A DNA stretch of 50,739 nt from assembly GCA_039586365.1 (NCBI GenBank), contig JBDHKN010000044.1:1-50739 (forward strand). The letters run 5' to 3'. The notes under the pieces were generated by a model. The model was not told where the DNA came from and did not search any database. It saw only the letters and a list, made by a program, of their open reading frames with translations. A program made the translations under genes and the position numbers. Shown here in pieces: positions 7,815 through 17,629 of the stretch; the stretch's first letter is position 1; each line of letters opens with the position of its first letter. Origin of the DNA: Gemmatimonadota bacterium (lineage in GTDB: Bacteria; Gemmatimonadota; Gemmatimonadetes; Gemmatimonadales; GWC2-71-9).

Positions 7815-7887
7815 CTCCGGAGGAGGGACTCGAACCCCCGACCCGACGGTTAACAGCCGTCTGCTCTACCAACTGAGCTACTCCGGA
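7815..7887 (-). tRNA. tRNA-Asn(GTT), 73 nt, CCA not encoded
   Basis: TCCGGAG acceptor stem, D-arm AGCTCAGTTGGTAGAGC, anticodon loop CTGTTAA, T-loop TTCGAGT, discriminator G followed by CTA. Confidence 0.97.
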
Positions 7888-8015
7888 TCGATCTCGTCGG
7901 CTGTTCCTTCAAAGCCGCTTATAATGCTACTGTGCTCTCCCCGTAACCACGGGAGCCCGTGAATAGCGGGAAAGGCAGTCTAATTTGTACTCTACCGCCA
8001 CGCAAGCGACCCAAG

Positions 8016-8648
8016 TCACATGGTGTTGATGAAGATGGCCAGCGACAGGGCTAGCTGAGCGATCTGGACTATGAGGAACCACTCCGTCGTGGTGATTGCT
8101 TTGCGGGGGACGAACACCTGATCGCCCGAGCGAATACCTATCTCCGCCAGAGTGCGGCCCCGCATGGCATCCTCCACACTCATTTCTTCCTGCTCAGCCA
8201 GGCGCAGAAGCCTAATCCGACTGGTGTTGCCGTCCTGGTTGGCTCCGCCGGCCATGGCCACTACGTCGATTGCAGTGAGTGTAGGGTCGACCGTGTAGAG
8301 GCCCGGCGACCGCACCTCTCCCAAGACAGCGACTCGGAACAGGGGGGTCACCGTCACAAACGGCGCGTTGAATAGCGTTTCGAGTCCGGCCCTGACGCTG
8401 TCCCGTACTTGAGCCACACTGAGGTTTCTCGTGTCGATGTCGCCCAGCAGCGGGTAGTGGAACTTGCCGTTCTCGTCGATCTGGAACTGCCCCGAGAACT
8501 GCTCCTGCCCCCAAACCTCGACACGCAGAACGTCACCAGGCTGCAGCGTGTACGTCGAGATGCTGGGAGTGACTATTGGACGCTGTTCCTGTGCTGGGCT
8601 AGGTGCGGCTAGAATGGTCGCTACTGCTAAGGAATAGAGGATTCGCAT
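8016..8648 (-). CDS. Polysaccharide biosynthesis/export family protein (Poly_export + SLBB, Wza-like)
   Basis: YTLQPGDVLRVEVWG, YPLLGDI, VAVLGEVRSPGLY, IRSGDQVFVP; signal peptide from MRILY. Confidence 0.88.
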   Translation of the reverse strand: MRILYSLAVATILAAPSPAQEQRPIVTPSISTYTLQPGDVLRVEVWGQEQFSGQFQIDENGKFHYPLLGDIDTRNLSVAQVRDSVRAGLETLFNAPFVTVTPLFRVAVLGEVRSPGLYTVDPTLTAIDVVAMAGGANQDGNTSRIRLLRLAEQEEMSVEDAMRGRTLAEIGIRSGDQVFVPRKAITTTEWFLIVQIAQLALSLAIFINTM

Positions 8649-8755
8649 GGCCCTAAGATTGTGACCTGCAGAGAATGGGTCAACAGTAGTCGTCACCTTC
8701 GGACCAATGTCCTCCTATTGGGGCGAGGGACGAGGCAGGGGGATGGCGCTGCAGC

Positions 8756-11565
8756 TCAGCCGGCACGGGCCTCAGCAGCCAGGCGGTCTAGGTTCAGTAC
8801 ATCTTGCAGATACGAGGCTGTGTGTGTCTCCGTCGCAGCAACCTCTTCTGGCGTTCCTTGCGCCACTACTTCACCCCCTTGGGAGCCGCCTTCGGGGCCC
8901 ATATCGATGATCCAATCGGCGCGTTTGATGATGTCGAGGTGGTGTTCGATAACCAACACTGTGTGCCCCGCATCCACCAGTCGATCGAGCACTTTGATGA
9001 GCGTCCGTACGTCGTCAAGGTGGAGTCCTGTGGTTGGCTCGTCCATGACGTAGAGACGGCGTTCCCCCTTGCGGCGGGCCCCCGCTAGCTGCCGCGCTAT
9101 CTTGAGTCGCTGCGCTTCGCCGCCTGACAACGTCGTGGCTGGCTGCCCCAGCCGGAGATAACCGAGTCCCACCTGCTGCAGGTGCCAGAGCATTTTCCCC
9201 AGTCGTTCTTGGTGCCGGAATCGGACCATTGCGTCATCCACGGTGAGGTTGAGCACGTCGTGTATCGACAGGCCCTTGATGCCAACGTCCAACACCAGCG
9301 AGAACCTTCACAGCTCTCGCAGGGAATGAACACGTCGGCCATGAAGACCATCTCGATCTGGATAAATCCGGCTCCGCCGCAGGCCTTGCACCGCCCACCC
9401 TCGACGGCGTTGAAACTGAAAGTTGCAGGCGTGTACCCCCTGGCTCGGGCCAGTGGTTGGCTGGCAAACAGCGAACGGATTTCATCGAACCCGCGCACAT
9501 AGGTCACTGGATTGGAACGGGGGGTCCGTCCTATCGGCGATTGGTCGATGAGGACGACGTCATGCAACTGCTCCCAACCGACTAGGTTCCCGACGTGGCC
9601 GACCGGTTCTCCTAGATGTTCCTTCGCTCCGTGTGATCCCTTGATTCTGGCCGCGAGCTGACGGTAGAGGATGTCATGCACCAGCGTCGATTTGCCGGAC
9701 CCGGACACGCCTGTGACCACCGTCAGCGTACCCAGTGGGATCGCAACGTCGACATTTGTGACATTGTGAAGTCGAGCGCCCTCGACTTTGAGCCAACCGG
9801 AAGCCGGGGTGCGCCTGAAGCTGGGAACGGCAATACGCTTCACCCCGGCCAGGTACTTCCCAGTCAGGGTGTCGGCGGCGCGTTCGGCTCCTGCCACCGA
9901 TCCGCAGTAGACCTGCTCCCCACCGTGCTCACCACTCCCGGGGCCCAACTCGATCATGTGATCTGCGGCGCGGATCGCTGCCGGATCGTGCTCTACCACG
10001 ACGACGGTGTTGCCACCATCACGTAGCCGCTTCAGGAGCCCCAGGAGGCGGGAGATGTCTCGTGGATGTAGCCCGATCGAGGGTTCGTCGAGTACGTACA
10101 GTGTATCCACTAGACCCGCGCCGAGAGCGTTGGCCAGTGCTATGCGCTGTGCTTCACCGCCGGACAGAGTGCGAGTCAGCCTGTCCAGTGACAGGTAGCC
10201 GACACCAACGTCACACAGGAACTGTACCCGATCTGCCAGCTCCTTCAAAACCGTCTGAGCGACCGCAGTCTCGAATTCGGACAAGTCGAGGTTGTCGAGC
10301 CACGTCCTGAGTCTGTCGGCCGTGAGTGCGCTCACCTCGCCGATCGACACGGAATTGACGCGCACGGCCAACGCCTCGGATCTCAGTCGCGCACCACCGC
10401 ATTCCGGACAGGGATAGGCTTTTTGATACTGCCGGAGGAATACGCGGATGTACTGCTTGTAACGTTTCCTCTCGAGGCTCCGTAGGAACGGGAAGATGCC
10501 GACGAAGCGCCCAACTTTACCGTGAAGTAGCAACCGTCGGTGTGTCGCGCGGAGACTCTGCCACGGCGCATCGAACGGTATGCCTTCGTGCTGTGCCGCG
10601 TCTCTGAGCATGCGACGTCGGTTGGTGTAGCGAGGTTTTGTCCAGGGGTCGAGTGCTCCCTGGGCAAGAGTGCGCTGCGGGTCCGGCACTACCAGTGCTT
10701 CGTCGTACTCCAGCACGGCCCCGAACCCGTTGCATGCAGGGCAGGCACCGCGCGGGTTATTGAAGGAGAACAGGGTCGGACTCAGTGCAATGGCTGCGGT
10801 GCCACAGTCGGTGCAACGCGGGTGTTGCGAGAAGCGGTACGTTCGGTCCGGAGTGAGCACGTTGCTCTGACCGTCTCCTTCGGCGAAGGCGAGTGCCAGT
10901 GAGTCGGCAACTCGACCGCGGTTGGAGGGATCCAATTTCAGTCTGTCTACTGCAACCTGAACGTCATCGCCTTCCAACTTGGCTGTTGGCGGTAGGTCGT
11001 CGATTCGATACACCGTGCTCTCGACGACCACGCGTACGAATCCCATGGCCTGGAGGTTCTCGAGAATGAGCAGGTGACTCACTCGAGTGGACCGAGGAAT
11101 GACGAACGTGATCACGGCCGTCTGTCCCAGCGCCAGGTCCAGCAAACGACTGGCGGCTGTGGTGGGAGAGTCGACAATCACCGGAGAGCCGCATACGTGA
11201 CAGAACTGCCTGCCAACCTTCGACCACAGCAGCCGTAGGTGGTCAAAGATCTCGGTTGCGGTCCCGACAGTTGACCGGCTCGATGTGCTGGGGTTCTTCT
11301 GCTCGATGGCTACGGCTGGGGAAATCCCAGAGAGGCCGTCGATGTCCGGTCGCGATAACCGTTCGAGGAACTGCCTGGCATAGCTCGATAGCGACTCCAC
11401 GTACCGGCGCTGACCCTCGGCGTAGAGCGTGTCGAAGGCAAGAGAACTCTTGCCCGATCCGGAAGGGCCGGTAATGACAGTCAGCGCATGGCGGGGAATA
11501 TGAACAGTGATTCCCTTGAGATTGTGCTGTCTGGCTCCGCGGACTGTGATGGAGTCGGCCGGCAT
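8756..11565 (-). pseudogene. uvrA: Excinuclease ABC subunit A, split by a frameshift near 9297 (ORFs 9097-11577 and 8756-9295); pseudogene or assembly error
   Basis: GARQHNLK, GPSGSGKSS, zinc-finger CxxC pairs and two LSGGEAQR signatures. The second signature and DEPTTGLH lie in a different frame. Confidence 0.9.
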
Positions 11566-11651
11566 GGAGTGAAGCATAGCCGAGCCGCTCCGGCACCAAC
11601 AGGGCTCGAAGTTGACGGGGTCGTATCTGAAGCCGTAGCTTGGCCTGCGAC

Positions 11652-12737
11652 ATGGCGGCCATAATCACCCCGCGCATCCTACGCAGGGGCCTCGAACTCT
11701 TTGCGTTGATATCCCTGATAGGATTCGGGGCTATGCTGTTGTACGGCAACAACCTCGAGCGGTTTCTTCAGGCGATGGTTTCGCTCAAATGGGGTTGGGT
11801 CTTTGTGGGAATAGTCCTTGCGTCGCATGACTGGTGGGGAGGGGGATTACGCGCCTGGGTCATGGCGCGCCACGTATACCGTCCGGCCTCGCTCAAAGGT
11901 TGTGTGTTAGCAGGTGGGATGGCCACCTGGGGAGGCTATCTCACGCCGTCGCAGACGGGTGCCGGACCGATGTTGATCTACGCCATGAAGCGCAGTGGGA
12001 TCCCGCTCCCGGAGGCGATGATATCTGCGCTGATGACATTTGTCACAACTGTGCTCTTCTTCTCTGTGGCCGGTCCGGTGGCGGTCTTCTTTGGGGCCGG
12101 GCAGTCTCTTGAGGAGTATGGTGTACTCGGCCAGGCCATCACTCTGAACGATCTGTTCCGGATTAGTCTGGGCGGCTTCATCGTCGTGGGGGTGGTGATC
12201 CTGCTGGTGATCATGTTCCCCGGAATCGCTAGCCGCGTTGCGCGCAGCCTAACGCGGCGTCTGACTAAGCGAGGAAGCGCGAGGCTAGTAACGCGCTTGG
12301 CTACCATTGAGGAGGGTATCGATCGGGCACACCAGGCACTGGTGGCCTTCTTCCACGGACGGGGATGGTTCGCAATGCTGCTGGGTGTGCTCTTGACCGG
12401 GGCAGCCCAGGCCAACCGGCTCCTTGCGGGCTACGTAGTACTGCGAATGCTGAATATTCATGCGCCGTTCGTTGATGTATTGCTGTTGCAGACGTTCATA
12501 GTCTTTCTGCTCTACTTTGCACCGACCCCAGGTGGATCTGGCCTGGCCGAGCTCCTGTCGGCAGCCGTGATGTCCATATACGTGCCGCGGGAGTTGACGC
12601 CCTCGTACATCCTGTTGTGGCGTATAGTGGTTAGCTATCTGACGGTTGGCGTCGGTTCGTTTGTCTTTTGGAACTGGCTGAAGGGAGCCGAGGATAATAA
12701 GTCCAACTCATTGCAGGAACAAAAGATACCGCTGTGA
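11652..12737 (+). CDS. Flippase-like / lysylphosphatidylglycerol synthase TM-domain protein (YbhN/UPF0104 family)
   Basis: Multiple TM helices with LTPSQTGAGP, APTPGGSGLAE and LLWR motifs. Confidence 0.85.
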   Translation: MAAIITPRILRRGLELFALISLIGFGAMLLYGNNLERFLQAMVSLKWGWVFVGIVLASHDWWGGGLRAWVMARHVYRPASLKGCVLAGGMATWGGYLTPSQTGAGPMLIYAMKRSGIPLPEAMISALMTFVTTVLFFSVAGPVAVFFGAGQSLEEYGVLGQAITLNDLFRISLGGFIVVGVVILLVIMFPGIASRVARSLTRRLTKRGSARLVTRLATIEEGIDRAHQALVAFFHGRGWFAMLLGVLLTGAAQANRLLAGYVVLRMLNIHAPFVDVLLLQTFIVFLLYFAPTPGGSGLAELLSAAVMSIYVPRELTPSYILLWRIVVSYLTVGVGSFVFWNWLKGAEDNKSNSLQEQKIPL

Positions 12738-12818
12738 CCCTGGGCGAGCGTCGAGTTGCACGCCCCTGGGCGCCGCGGTAACTTTTCGATCTGGTACTAC
12801 GACTGAAGGACAGACTGG

Positions 12819-14621
12819 ATGTCATATCTCGAGATCGATGGGCGGCGACACCCAATACCCTTGGGAGATGTTGCCCTAGGATGTGACTCCGAGAACCGGG
12901 TCACGATCGGCGAAGAGAGTATCCAGTTGCGGGGTGCTATTCTGCAAGGTACTCCGGATGGACAGGTTGTGATTCGTAGGGCCACACCGGAAGCGGAGAT
13001 CCTGATCAACGGTGTGCGACTTGGACCGCAGCCGACCCCGCTGCTACACGGTGATAAGATTGAGCTAGCCGGGCAAGAACTGCTGTTCGTGGAGGACCGG
13101 CGTGGTGGGAGCACTAATTTCATGCAGGCCTTGGACCCGGCGATGATGCAGGCAGCACTGAACAGGTCTGCATCCAAGGTAGCGACTGCCGGAACTGGCG
13201 GTAGGCTTGTCTCGCTGACCGACGGAAGAGAATACTCGATCTCAGGCGGGTCTCTTCTGCTGGGACGCGATGCCGGCTGTGACGTCGTGGTGGCGAACAA
13301 GAACGTGTCGCGGAGACACGCGGAAATCGTCGCAACACCAAAGGGCTATATCCTGATCGATAGCAGCACCAACGGCACCTGGGTGAACAACGAGCGGGTT
13401 CAGGGGCAGCGAGTACTCGCTCGAGCTGACATCGTGAAGTGTGGCGACGATGAATTCCGGTTCTATGCTGATGCGTTGAGCGAGCCGGCTGAGAGGCAAC
13501 CTGTCCAGCAGATCCAAGAACCTGGTTCGCCGTTGCCATCTGAACCACTGCGGCCGGACCGGATGGATCCGCCCGTGCCGGCCCCGGACCCCGAGCTGGC
13601 AACGCCAGCAACACTTGAACCGTCGTTGCCGCCAGCGGTGCAGCCACGGGCCTCTGTGGAACCGCCCGAGCCTCCACCGGGAGCTATGCATCGGTTGGCC
13701 GACACAATGCATGGGATACCGGTGGTTCCGCGACCACGACCCAAGCAGGCACCCCCGGCTGCTCCCGGGGCTGAACATCGGCTCTCTGACACGATGGACG
13801 GCGCGGTGCCGGAGCAGGGCAAGCAGGGTGCTGCGGCAGCAGATCCACCCTCTCCGACTCCTGCCCGGGGTGCGCAGCGGAGACTTGCTGACACGCTAAT
13901 GGGGATTCCCACGGAGCCAAGGAAACAGCCACCTGATGTACCGCGGGTGGTTCCTCCAGCGGATCCATCTGCAGGATCCGCCCGGCCATCAGCAACCCGG
14001 AAGGAAACCGTTCCGCACATTGCGCGACCGGCGCGTCCAGCCCAACCGGGGGTGACGCGGGAACCGCTGCGCGATGCTGTGCCTCGCACAACCGACACAG
14101 CTCGGGACTCGGTGGAGCGATTCCACCCGCGACGGGGCGAGAAAGAAGGACCGAAGTTCGAGGGTTCGTTTGCACAAAGGGTGCCCGAGCCACGGGATTC
14201 CAAACCGAGCGCCCCGCCGGCGCTGGCGTGGCTCACGGTCCGGTCCGAGCCGCTCAGGGGCACACGATTCGAAATTCGGGTTCCAGTCGCAAACGTGGGC
14301 AGAGCCAACTACAACGATGTCGTCATACCGGACGAGAGTGTGTCGACTGTTCACGCCAAGATCCAGAGGAGGGAAGGGATTTGGGTGCTTGTCGATGAGG
14401 GATCGACAAACGGTACGGTGGTGGACGGGGAGCGGGTGACTGGCGAGACCGTGTTGGCCCCCGGCGCCATCATTGGGTTTGGAACAGTGCTGACTATTTT
14501 CCAGCCAACCGATGACGCGGCGGATGTGCAGTTGGGCGGTGCGACCAAGGTGATCGGGACAATCGATTCACCACCGCGGATAGACGAGCGGCAGACCGGT
14601 TCATCCTCAGCGGATTCATAG
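12819..14621 (+). CDS. Protein with three FHA domains and a long Pro-rich linker
   Basis: GR...VSRRHA...STNGT and GR...VSTVHA...STNGT motifs, plus a degenerate N-terminal FHA (INGV...LLHGDKIEL). Confidence 0.9.
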   Translation: MSYLEIDGRRHPIPLGDVALGCDSENRVTIGEESIQLRGAILQGTPDGQVVIRRATPEAEILINGVRLGPQPTPLLHGDKIELAGQELLFVEDRRGGSTNFMQALDPAMMQAALNRSASKVATAGTGGRLVSLTDGREYSISGGSLLLGRDAGCDVVVANKNVSRRHAEIVATPKGYILIDSSTNGTWVNNERVQGQRVLARADIVKCGDDEFRFYADALSEPAERQPVQQIQEPGSPLPSEPLRPDRMDPPVPAPDPELATPATLEPSLPPAVQPRASVEPPEPPPGAMHRLADTMHGIPVVPRPRPKQAPPAAPGAEHRLSDTMDGAVPEQGKQGAAAADPPSPTPARGAQRRLADTLMGIPTEPRKQPPDVPRVVPPADPSAGSARPSATRKETVPHIARPARPAQPGVTREPLRDAVPRTTDTARDSVERFHPRRGEKEGPKFEGSFAQRVPEPRDSKPSAPPALAWLTVRSEPLRGTRFEIRVPVANVGRANYNDVVIPDESVSTVHAKIQRREGIWVLVDEGSTNGTVVDGERVTGETVLAPGAIIGFGTVLTIFQPTDDAADVQLGGATKVIGTIDSPPRIDERQTGSSSADS

Positions 14622-14622
14622 T

Positions 14623-15378
14623 TTGCCTCACAACGTTCATTACACGTGCGCTGGTCGCACAGACGTCGGGATCATCCGATCCGGGAACGAAGACAGTTAT
14701 CTCGTACTTCCGGAACAGGGTGTGTTCATCGTTGCCGATGGGATGGGGGGACATGCTGCCGGAGAGGTCGCCAGCGAGATGGCTGTGCAAATTGTTGCGC
14801 GCGGACTGGATGGGATCATAGGGCGGGATGATCAGGTAGCAGCGCAGATGATGAGGTCGGCGATTATCCGGGCCAACACCGACATCTACCAGCGAACGAT
14901 GAACGAGCCTGAGAAGAGAGGGATGGGAACGACGGCCACCGCCATGGTCATCAATGGGAATCGCTACCTGGTCGGACAGGTGGGTGACAGCCGAGCCTAC
15001 CTGTATCGGAGTGGGCAGCTCGAACAAGTGACCAAGGATCACTCCTATGTGCAAGAGCAAGTCGATGCTGGCAATCTGACACCGGAGCAGGCTCGCACAC
15101 ACCCTTACAGCAACGTCATAACTCGGTGCGTTGGTGCCAATAGCGAAGTACTGCCGGACATCTACATGGGCACGCTCGAGGCCCAGGACGTCTACTTGCT
15201 CGCCTCGGATGGCTTGACCGGAATGCTGGAGGATGACGAGTTGCTCACGATCCTGAACACCGAAGATACTCCAGCCGCAATGGTGGACAACCTGGTGTCT
15301 GAGGCCAATCGGCGCGGTGGATTGGACAATATCACGGTGATCATCGTGCGGATCGACAAGTTGGAGGAAATCGTCTAG
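14623..15378 (+). CDS. PP2C-family Ser/Thr phosphatase (Stp1/PrpC type)
   Basis: TDVG..RSGNED, VADGMGGHAAGEVAS, GMGTT, VGDSRAY, ASDGL, GGLDNIT. Confidence 0.95.
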   Translation: MPHNVHYTCAGRTDVGIIRSGNEDSYLVLPEQGVFIVADGMGGHAAGEVASEMAVQIVARGLDGIIGRDDQVAAQMMRSAIIRANTDIYQRTMNEPEKRGMGTTATAMVINGNRYLVGQVGDSRAYLYRSGQLEQVTKDHSYVQEQVDAGNLTPEQARTHPYSNVITRCVGANSEVLPDIYMGTLEAQDVYLLASDGLTGMLEDDELLTILNTEDTPAAMVDNLVSEANRRGGLDNITVIIVRIDKLEEIV

Positions 15379-15404
15379 GCTGGACGGTCGCTAGCTTCCA
15401 TCCA

Positions 15405-15599
15405 ATGCGGTATAACCCTGAAGGTCCCAATCAGGAAGCCGTGGGCGAGGTCGCGGCTGAACATCTGGGGCCGTTGTTGTATGCGTTAGAAGTGTGTGCC
15501 CTGTCCATGGAAGAGGCCGGCCGTGGGGATGATGCGCGGTACTACCGCGCGCTGGCCAGGAAGTTGGCGGAAGCCGGCGGCTCAGCCAGGCCAATCTAG
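15405..15599 (+). CDS. Small hypothetical helical protein (64 aa)
   Basis: Fills the gap after PP2C, has an ATG start and protein-like composition, and its stop overlaps the convergent gene. Confidence 0.6.
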   Translation: MRYNPEGPNQEAVGEVAAEHLGPLLYALEVCALSMEEAGRGDDARYYRALARKLAEAGGSARPI

Positions 15600-16900
15600 C
15601 CTGTATTGCTCCCATCGGATGCTGCCGCATCGACCGGCTGCAAACCGTCCCTGAGGTCACCTACAGTCAGATCAATCAGTCCAAGCACCTTCTCTTGGGT
15701 CAAAGTGATTGGCCGGGCGGAAAACACACGAAGCCGTCTGGCGCTCGTGTGTAGCTCATCACCGACCCGCTGAATCCCGAGCCAGTCTATGCCGTTCTGT
15801 TTGGTGACTTGCTCGACCTCTCCGGAGCGAGTGCGAACCGATAACTCCACCGACAACATCTCCGGTTTCTTGGGGAAGTCCACCAACAGTTCGCCTGGGA
15901 GCATGCCCTGTTCCCGCGCTAATCGGTCTTCGACTGGTCCAACCAGGTTGAAGCGTTCGGCTATCCAATCCCCTGCACCAGGAGTGATGTGCGATGCTGG
16001 AATGTCGAGCACTCGCTTGTACAGACGACGGTGCCGCAACCGGGCCGCAATCGGTGTATCCGGTAGACGGCGAAGTGCCTCCATCAAATCCTCATCTGTG
16101 CTTCTGGCTAGCGAGTTGATATCGACTGACTTGCGCTCTATCGCCTCCCTCACCAGGCGCTTGAACATCGCCGTCGCGCTTCGCACTGCATGATGCCAGT
16201 ATACATTCCGGTACATCTGGTACTTGGCAAATAGCAGGGACTCGAGGGCGCTGATACCCTTCTCGTGCACCGCCACGGTGAGACTTCCGTTTGGAAGCTC
16301 GACCAGCGTTATCGAGTGTAGCAGTCGGTCGACATCGACGGTCCCGTAGGGCACACCACACATCCTCGCGTCACGTGTCAGGTACTCGATCTTGTCGAGG
16401 TCGAGCGATCCTGAGACAAGCCCTTGGAGCGAACTCTTGCTTTGGCCGGTGATGAGGCGGGCCAAGCGGGATTCCGCGTTTGGGATGCCGGTCTTGTCGA
16501 GGATTTCTCGCAGCGCATCATGATGGAGATGCGTGAGCGCCAGAGTCTCATGAGATGGTAAGCCAGCTTCTTCGAGAGCATGGGAGAAGGGGTAATGGCC
16601 GATGTCATGCAGCAATGCCGCGAGGCGGATCAGTACTACTTCATCAGAATCAACGCGATCCAGTTCGCCGCGTTCCCTCAGCAACGCAAGCGTGCGGCGC
16701 GCGAGGTGATAGGTGCCCAGCGCGTGCTCGAAGCGGGAGTGTGTGGCTCCAGGGTACACGAGGAACGCATGACCTAGCTGCCGTACGTAGCGCAATCGTT
16801 GGAAAGGCTCGCTGTCCAACACTGCCAATGACTCAGCGTCAATCCGGATGTTGTTCCAGAGAGGGTCTCGAATTACTTCGAAGTCAGAGTAGGGAAGCAT
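15596..16900 (-). CDS. HD-domain phosphohydrolase (SAMHD1/YdhJ-like dNTPase family)
   Basis: FQRLRYVRQLG, YPGATHSRFEH, LLHDIGHYPFSH, DLDKIEYL.RD, MYRNVYWH. Confidence 0.92.
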   Translation of the reverse strand: MLPYSDFEVIRDPLWNNIRIDAESLAVLDSEPFQRLRYVRQLGHAFLVYPGATHSRFEHALGTYHLARRTLALLRERGELDRVDSDEVVLIRLAALLHDIGHYPFSHALEEAGLPSHETLALTHLHHDALREILDKTGIPNAESRLARLITGQSKSSLQGLVSGSLDLDKIEYLTRDARMCGVPYGTVDVDRLLHSITLVELPNGSLTVAVHEKGISALESLLFAKYQMYRNVYWHHAVRSATAMFKRLVREAIERKSVDINSLARSTDEDLMEALRRLPDTPIAARLRHRRLYKRVLDIPASHITPGAGDWIAERFNLVGPVEDRLAREQGMLPGELLVDFPKKPEMLSVELSVRTRSGEVEQVTKQNGIDWLGIQRVGDELHTSARRLRVFSARPITLTQEKVLGLIDLTVGDLRDGLQPVDAAASDGSNTG

Positions 16901-16903
16901 GTC

Positions 16904-17539
16904 CTACGATCCGTCGAGCGCATCGATCATGCTCACTCGTCGCTGATGGCGGCCTCCTGCGAACGGTGTGGTCAGGAAGGTGCGCACGATTTCCCGAGCG
17001 AGCCGCATGCCGATGAGCGTTCCCCCAAGTGTTAGGACGTTGGCATTGTTGTGCTCTCTTGCGTTCGCCGCCGTGGTCACATCATAGCATAGAGCTGCAC
17101 GCACGCCAGCGATCTTGTTCGCAACCATTGCACTGCCGATTCCAGCGCCATCGATCATGATACCGAACTCGGCCTCACCCGCTGCCACCGCGTGCGCCAC
17201 AAGAGCCGCAAACACAGGGTAATCAGCGACCTCCTTGTCGCGGCAACCCACATCATGCACCGAGCAGCCCAGTTCCTCGAGGAAGTCGGTGAGACTCTGC
17301 TTGAGCGCGTATCCGCCGTGGTCTGCACCAAGGGCGACGGTCGTATCAACGGTCGTCGGATCAACGGCACGGCCGTTTGCAGCGTCTTGGTCAGCGGCTG
17401 CGGGTATTACCAGGAGCGCAACACCAAGGCGACGGGCCAAATCGCGGGCCGCCGGCGTGATAATGGTGTCACGAGTGACGGCGATCTTCCCCGCGTGGCG
17501 ATCGGCTCTTACGTCGGCCTCCGTAATCAAACGTCTCAT
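16904..17539 (-). CDS. rpiB: Ribose-5-phosphate isomerase B with ~60-aa N-terminal extension
   Basis: LGADHGGYALK, DYP, ANKIAGVRAA, AREHNNANVL, FAGGRHQRRV. Confidence 0.9.
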   Translation of the reverse strand: MRRLITEADVRADRHAGKIAVTRDTIITPAARDLARRLGVALLVIPAAADQDAANGRAVDPTTVDTTVALGADHGGYALKQSLTDFLEELGCSVHDVGCRDKEVADYPVFAALVAHAVAAGEAEFGIMIDGAGIGSAMVANKIAGVRAALCYDVTTAANAREHNNANVLTLGGTLIGMRLAREIVRTFLTTPFAGGRHQRRVSMIDALDGS

Positions 17540-17629
17540 TGGAGACCATTGAGGCTGAGCGCTAACGGTGGCATGGTCGCGTTCCCGACACCATTGCGTT
17601 CCCGCAACTGTTGGGGAGCCCGTTTCTCG

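Larger units (their letters stand above)
211..7857. mobile_element. tRNA-Asn-integrated genomic islet or tandem cassette array with no integrase (7647 bp between repeat copies)
   Basis: Bounded by the intact tRNA-Asn and a displaced 3' tRNA copy. Contains internal att-like modules and accessory cargo, and no recombinase ORF. Confidence 0.8.

Noticed and set aside
211..7857. Classical integron, prophage or IS element
   Set aside because: No intI, recognisable attC, phage, transposase or terminal inverted-repeat signatures were seen.
8016..8648. Capsule or EPS biosynthesis locus
   Set aside because: Only the Wza-like gene is present, with no wzc or glycosyltransferase neighbours.
9285..9310. 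Programmed ribosomal frameshift in uvrA
   Set aside because: There is no slippery sequence and residues appear to be missing, so a deletion or assembly error fits better.
15596..16900. HD dNTPase as an anti-phage defence system
   Set aside because: It sits in a housekeeping context coupled to rpiB, with no defence-island neighbours.
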